Source: an uncultured Chloroflexia bacterium
GTDB taxonomy: Bacteria; Chloroflexota; Limnocylindria; Limnocylindrales; CSP1-4
Length of the DNA: 64,000 bases
Assembly: GCA_963809215.1 (NCBI GenBank)
Contig: CAWEIJ010000002.1
Coordinates: 2,283,228 to 2,347,227 of the forward strand
Reading direction: 5' to 3'
In this document: piece after piece, positions 60,408 to 64,000 of the stretch
Position numbering within the stretch: the first letter of the stretch is position 1
How the letters are laid out: each line of letters opens with the position of its first letter
The notes under the pieces: generated by a model
Databases searched by the model: none
What the model saw: only the letters and a program-made list of their open reading frames with translations
Told to the model about the DNA's origin: nothing
Translations under genes and position numbers: made by a program

Positions 60408-61510
60408 CTACTTGACCGTCAGCGTCCCGGTCATGTTCGGATGGACGACGCAGGTGAAGCCGTACGTGCCGGCGGCGAGCGCCGGGACGTCGTAGGTCTG
60501 GGTGGCCACGCCGGTGATGATGGCGCCCTGCCAGACGATCGGACCGGTGGGCGAGCCCGTGTGGATGGCGACGTCGTGGGGGATGCCCGCGTCGTTGTTG
60601 GTGAACGCGATCTGGAACGGCACGCCGGCGGGCGCGGCCAGGTCGGTCTTGTCGAAGGCGATGTTCGCCGCCGCCAGCTGGATGACCGTCTCCGCGGTGC
60701 CGCCGGACGCGGCCGGGGAGCCGGCCGGGGAGCCGGGGCGCCGCGCTCGCTGGGGCGGCGCTGGCCCCTGGAGCGGCGCTGGCGCCGCGCCGGAGCGGCC
60801 GACGGTGACGCGAACGCATCCTTCCAGCAGGCAGGCACGGGCGTGGCGCCCGCGGGCGGGACATACGTCGGGTCGCGCCAGCCGGAGAGCGTGACCGTCT
60901 TGCCCGTCGCCGGATCCACGCCCTGGAACTGGACCGTGGACGGGGCCGTGATGAACGCGATCAGCTCCTGGAGGTTCCGGTAGTTGAGCGGCCCGGGCGG
61001 GTTGCCCTGGTCCGACCAGATGGGCATCAGCGAGTTGGCGTCACCGCACACGTAGCGGCCACCCACGGTGAGGACGCTCTGCAGGTAGCCCGGCGTGAGG
61101 TGGGTCAGGAGCTTGGCCTGGTCGTTGAGGACCGGCCCGATCCCGCCCTGGCCCTGGGCACCGTGGCAGCGCGCGCAGTTCGCCTCGAAGAGGGCGTAGC
61201 CCTGGGTGACGGCATTGACCTGCTGGACGGCGACCTCGTTCGTGAGCCGGCTCGAGTTCGGCACGCCCGGAACGCCCAGGTCGTAGAAGTAGTAGACGAT
61301 CACGAACAGCGCCACGATCGTGACCGCGAGGAAGGCCACCCATCGCGCGCTGGCACTCTGCGTGACGATCTTCGCGGCACGCTCGGGGGACAGCCCGACC
61401 GTGTGCGCGGTCGGGGGCGCGGTGAACCGCTCCGGCGGCGCGGCGAGCTCGGACGGGACGCGCGGAACGGGCAGGCGCTCCTCCGGCGGCGTGCCGGGCT
61501 CGTCGGTCAT
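60408..61510 (-). pseudogene. membrane-anchored mono-haem cytochrome c fused to a C-terminal type-1 copper (cupredoxin) domain; one frame break in the linker (about 60795)
   Basis: ORF 60431..61510 has the TM WVAFLAVTIVALFVIVYYF, the haem motif CARCHG and ..SLMPIW... The linker switches frame (..FASPSAAPA | AAPAPLQGPAPPQ..PGSPAGSPAASGGTAETVIQL). Then comes the ORF 60408..60623 frame: FQIAFTNNDAGIPHDVAIH...YGFTCVVHPNMTGTLTVK*. Confidence 0.8.
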
Positions 61511-61538
61511 CGAGCGGCTCGGGTCATCGTCATCCGTC

Positions 61539-62207
61539 TCAGATGCAGCCGGTCGAGCTCTTCGACGCGATCAGGCCCGGCTGGCCGAGCGCGACGGGCA
61601 GCGGGCCGAGCGTGAGCTTGCTCGTGTCAAGGGTCAGCTTCCCGTCGGCCCCCACGCTGACGGCGAACCGGTCGAGCGACCGAGGCGCGGGGCCAAGCTC
61701 CTTGACCTTGATCCCCAGGCGGTCGTAGCGCGAGCCGTGGCACGGACACTCGAACCAGTAGCTCTTGATGCAGAAGTTCGGCTTGCAGCCCAGGTGCGTG
61801 CAGCGCTGGTAGAGGGCGCGCACGTTCACGGCGGTCCCGTCGCCGGTCGCGTCGTCGCCCGGCACGAACTCCTGGCGCGTGGTGTCGACGAGCACGATGA
61901 ACGACCGGGCGTCCTGGTAGTACGCCGGGTAGCCGTCGCCGAACGGGATGAGCGCGTTGGCGTTCTTGATGTCGGTGAACGAGCCCAGGGGGACCTTGCC
62001 GCCGAAGCCGCCCGACAGGTTGGGCCACAGGAACCCGAGCGTGCCCGCCGACACCTCCAGGAGCCACAGGCCGACGCTCGCGCCGAGCGACGTCCTGATG
62101 AGCTGGCGCCGCGAGAGGCCTTTCGGCGCCTCCGTCCGCATCGACTTGAGCGCCTCGCCCGTGAGGGCCTGGGGCTTGCTTGCCGGCTCGACGTGGTAGT
62201 TGCTCAT
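61539..62207 (-). CDS. Rieske 2Fe-2S subunit of a cytochrome bc/b6c-type complex
   Basis: ORF 61539..62207 has a Tat-like SRRQLIRTSLGA, a TM, and the cluster motifs CTHLGC and CPCHGS. Confidence 0.9.
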   Translation of the reverse strand: MSNYHVEPASKPQALTGEALKSMRTEAPKGLSRRQLIRTSLGASVGLWLLEVSAGTLGFLWPNLSGGFGGKVPLGSFTDIKNANALIPFGDGYPAYYQDARSFIVLVDTTRQEFVPGDDATGDGTAVNVRALYQRCTHLGCKPNFCIKSYWFECPCHGSRYDRLGIKVKELGPAPRSLDRFAVSVGADGKLTLDTSKLTLGPLPVALGQPGLIASKSSTGCI

Positions 62208-62214
62208 GGGACGC

Positions 62215-62811
62215 TCACAGGCTGAAGTGGAAGCCGTTGACCCAGGGCAGCGAGAACGCGTACCCGGGACCCCGGAAGAAGATGCCCAGGAATGTCAGGA
62301 CCAGGCCGAGCATGCAGAAGAGGGAGAAGAGCACGACCGCGGTCTTCCGGTCCGAGGGCCGGTTGGCCCGGATGTTCTCGCGATCCACGTAGGGGATCAC
62401 GGCCGCCCCGACGAGCACGAAGAGGGGCACGAGCGCGCCGGCGACCGTCGGATGGAAGTAGGCCAGCAGCTCCTGCAGCCCGAGGAAGTACCACGGGGCC
62501 TTGGCGACCTCGGGCGTCACGTTCGGGTTGGCAAGCTCCTCGAGCGGCGCGTTGACGAAGAGGCCCATGAACAGGACGAAGATGCTCATGAAGACGGCCG
62601 CGAGGAACTCGATCGAGAGCAGGTGCGGCCAGGTCATGACCGTGTCGTCCGGCTCCTTCTGGACCCGGACCACGGCATCCTGCTTGACGAGCGCGAGCAG
62701 GCGATAGGGTCGAGCGGACATCGGCACGCGCTGCTTGTCGATCTCCGTCCGCCGGGTCGGATCCACCGGCAGGACCACGCGCCGCTCGGGCGGTGCCTTC
62801 TGGTCGGTCAT
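62215..62811 (-). CDS. cytochrome b C-terminal part / subunit IV (PetD-like)
   Basis: ORF 62215..62811: ..WPHLLSIEFL.. and ..APWYFLGLQELL.. (PEWY-type Qo motif variant), with 3 TM. Confidence 0.85.
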   Translation of the reverse strand: MTDQKAPPERRVVLPVDPTRRTEIDKQRVPMSARPYRLLALVKQDAVVRVQKEPDDTVMTWPHLLSIEFLAAVFMSIFVLFMGLFVNAPLEELANPNVTPEVAKAPWYFLGLQELLAYFHPTVAGALVPLFVLVGAAVIPYVDRENIRANRPSDRKTAVVLFSLFCMLGLVLTFLGIFFRGPGYAFSLPWVNGFHFSL

Positions 62812-62839
62812 CGCCCGTCCCCCGGGACCGCTCGGTCAC

Positions 62840-63568
62840 TCATAGCGGCCCGCTGATGCCCCCGTCTTTCCTGATCCGCCAGAAATGGACCGCGAGGAAG
62901 ACGGCTGCGACCAATGGGAAGACCATGATGTGGAGCACGTAGAAGCGCAGCAGGGTGTTGCCGCTGACCTCCAGTCCCGCCAGCAGGAGCGTCTTCGAGG
63001 GGGTGTTGAAGAGCGGCGCGTAGCCGGCCATGTTGGAGCCGATCGTGATGGCCCAGTACGCGATCTGGTCCCACGGCAGCAGGTAGCCCGTGAAGCTCAG
63101 GAAGAGCGTCAGGAACAGGAGGACGACGCCGACCACCCAGTTGAACTCGCGCGGCGGCTTGTACGCGCCGTGGTAGAAGACCCGCATCATGTGCAGGAAG
63201 ACGAAGAAGACCATCAGGTGGGCGGCCCACCGGTGGATGTTCCGGGTCAGGAGCCCGAACGGCACCTGCGACTGGATCTGCAGGATGTCCGAGTAGGCCT
63301 GCGTCGACGACGGGGCGTAGAAGAACATCAGGTAGACGCCGGTCACCGTCAGGACCAGGAACAGGAAGAACGAGAGCCCGCCCAGGCAGAACGTGTAGGC
63401 GAACTTGACCGCGTGCTGCCGGACCCGCACCGGGTGCAGGTGCAGGAAGACGTTGTTCATCACCGCGTACGCCCGCGACCGCTCGTCGTTGGGGTACGGG
63501 TTCCGGAACAGGGACCGGAAGACGGGGCTCCGCCGGATCGACTGGTCCACCCGCTCCAGGAAGCTCAC
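62840..63568 (-). CDS. cytochrome b6-like (N-terminal four-helix haem-binding part of split cytochrome b)
   Basis: ORF 62840..63568 has its GTG overlapping the upstream stop (GTGA). Haem His pairs: ..RNIHRWAAHLMV.. and ..FYVLHIMVFPLVAAVFLAVHFW... Confidence 0.9.
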   Translation of the reverse strand: MSFLERVDQSIRRSPVFRSLFRNPYPNDERSRAYAVMNNVFLHLHPVRVRQHAVKFAYTFCLGGLSFFLFLVLTVTGVYLMFFYAPSSTQAYSDILQIQSQVPFGLLTRNIHRWAAHLMVFFVFLHMMRVFYHGAYKPPREFNWVVGVVLLFLTLFLSFTGYLLPWDQIAYWAITIGSNMAGYAPLFNTPSKTLLLAGLEVSGNTLLRFYVLHIMVFPLVAAVFLAVHFWRIRKDGGISGPL

Positions 63569-64000
63569 CTGGCCCCTCCTGCGACGCCGGGCGTGCCGGC
63601 AAGCTGCGCGTCACGGTACGACTCCTTGTAGAGCCGGCCGTCGGTCGATACCTCCTGGAGCTCGAACCGCTCCATCGTAATGGCGTCGAATGGGCACCGC
63701 TTGACACAGAGCGCGCAGCGGATGCAGCGCTCCTCGTCGAGGATCATGGCGGCGCCCTGGTCCCAGCCGTAGGCCTCCTCGAGCTCCGGCAGGAACCCCT
63801 CCGACTTCATCTGGTTGACGTCGATCATGTGGATGACGCCCTCCGGGCAGACGTCCGCGCAGGCGCCGCACAGGACGCACCGGAAGGGATCGAACCAGAT
63901 GTTGTAGTTGCACATGAGGCAGCGCGTCGACTCGGCGACGGCCTGGGTCGCGCTGTAGCCGAGCTCCACGCCGGTCGTGAAGTTGACCTCGGGCTCGCGG
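63565..64000 (-). CDS. 4Fe-4S dicluster (ferredoxin-type) domain protein, first visible gene of the bc operon; N-terminus beyond window end
   Basis: The frame of ORF 63565..63969 is open to 64000. Motifs: ..CLMCNYNIWFDPFRCVLCGACADVCPEG.. and ..CIRCALCVKRCPFD... Confidence 0.7.
   Translation of the reverse strand, partial: REPEVNFTTGVELGYSATQAVAESTRCLMCNYNIWFDPFRCVLCGACADVCPEGVIHMIDVNQMKSEGFLPELEEAYGWDQGAAMILDEERCIRCALCVKRCPFDAITMERFELQEVSTDGRLYKESYRDAQLAGTPGVAGGAR

Overview
Visibly very GC-rich bacterial chromosomal DNA with high-GC Gram-positive or Chloroflexi-like gene content. Third codon positions are saturated with G/C, so the six-frame track is full of long Arg/Pro/Gly-rich antisense artefacts. 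GTGA/ATGA start-stop overlaps are common. I read about 70 real genes.

Gene content by region:
- 1-19.3 kb: korAB 2-oxoacid:ferredoxin oxidoreductase; a long minus-strand operon (7Fe ferredoxin, BtuF-like binding protein, Zn-ribbon methyltransferase, proC, PIG-L deacetylase, S9 peptidase, membrane protein, proline dehydrogenase); a polyamine-type ABC importer; a YHS/TRASH gene; a DksA/TraR protein; a threonine dehydratase.
- 19.3-29.8 kb: aa3-type cytochrome oxidase cluster (ctaG; ctaC-ctaD-ctaE plus CtaF-like genes), TlpA-like thioredoxin, an ABC-2 exporter, mmsA.
- 29.9-34.3 kb: initiator-like tRNA-Met, cdd-punA-deoA nucleoside catabolism, a serpin lipoprotein.
- 34.5-42.0 kb: a bacterial microcompartment (BMC) operon. 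It holds a SorC regulator, RpiB, DeoC, an acylating aldehyde dehydrogenase, 1 BMC-H, 2 tandem-domain BMC and 3 BMC-P shell genes, and a GNAT.
- 42-52.7 kb: MFS transporter, hydrolases, MarR plus two ABC exporters, DinB, tRNA-Lys.
- 53-58.7 kb: dapB-dapA-dapD-lysA, DUF2203, DUF309, rhodanese.
- 58.8-64 kb: a Kelch membrane protein and a split-cytochrome-b (b6c-type) operon.

Most notable observations:
1. The sugar-phosphate/deoxyribose-type BMC operon has encapsulation-peptide-like N-termini on all three enzymes.
2. Amicyanin-like cupredoxin modules are fused to three respiratory proteins (CoxII, a duplicated CoxIV-like protein, the bc-complex cytochrome c). Two of them are carried on a 362-bp perfect direct repeat.
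3. Reading-frame breaks are very unevenly distributed and concentrate at 35.2-49.7 kb.

Frame-break positions are manual estimates (about +-15 nt). I recognised no rRNA, CRISPR array, transposase or integrase.
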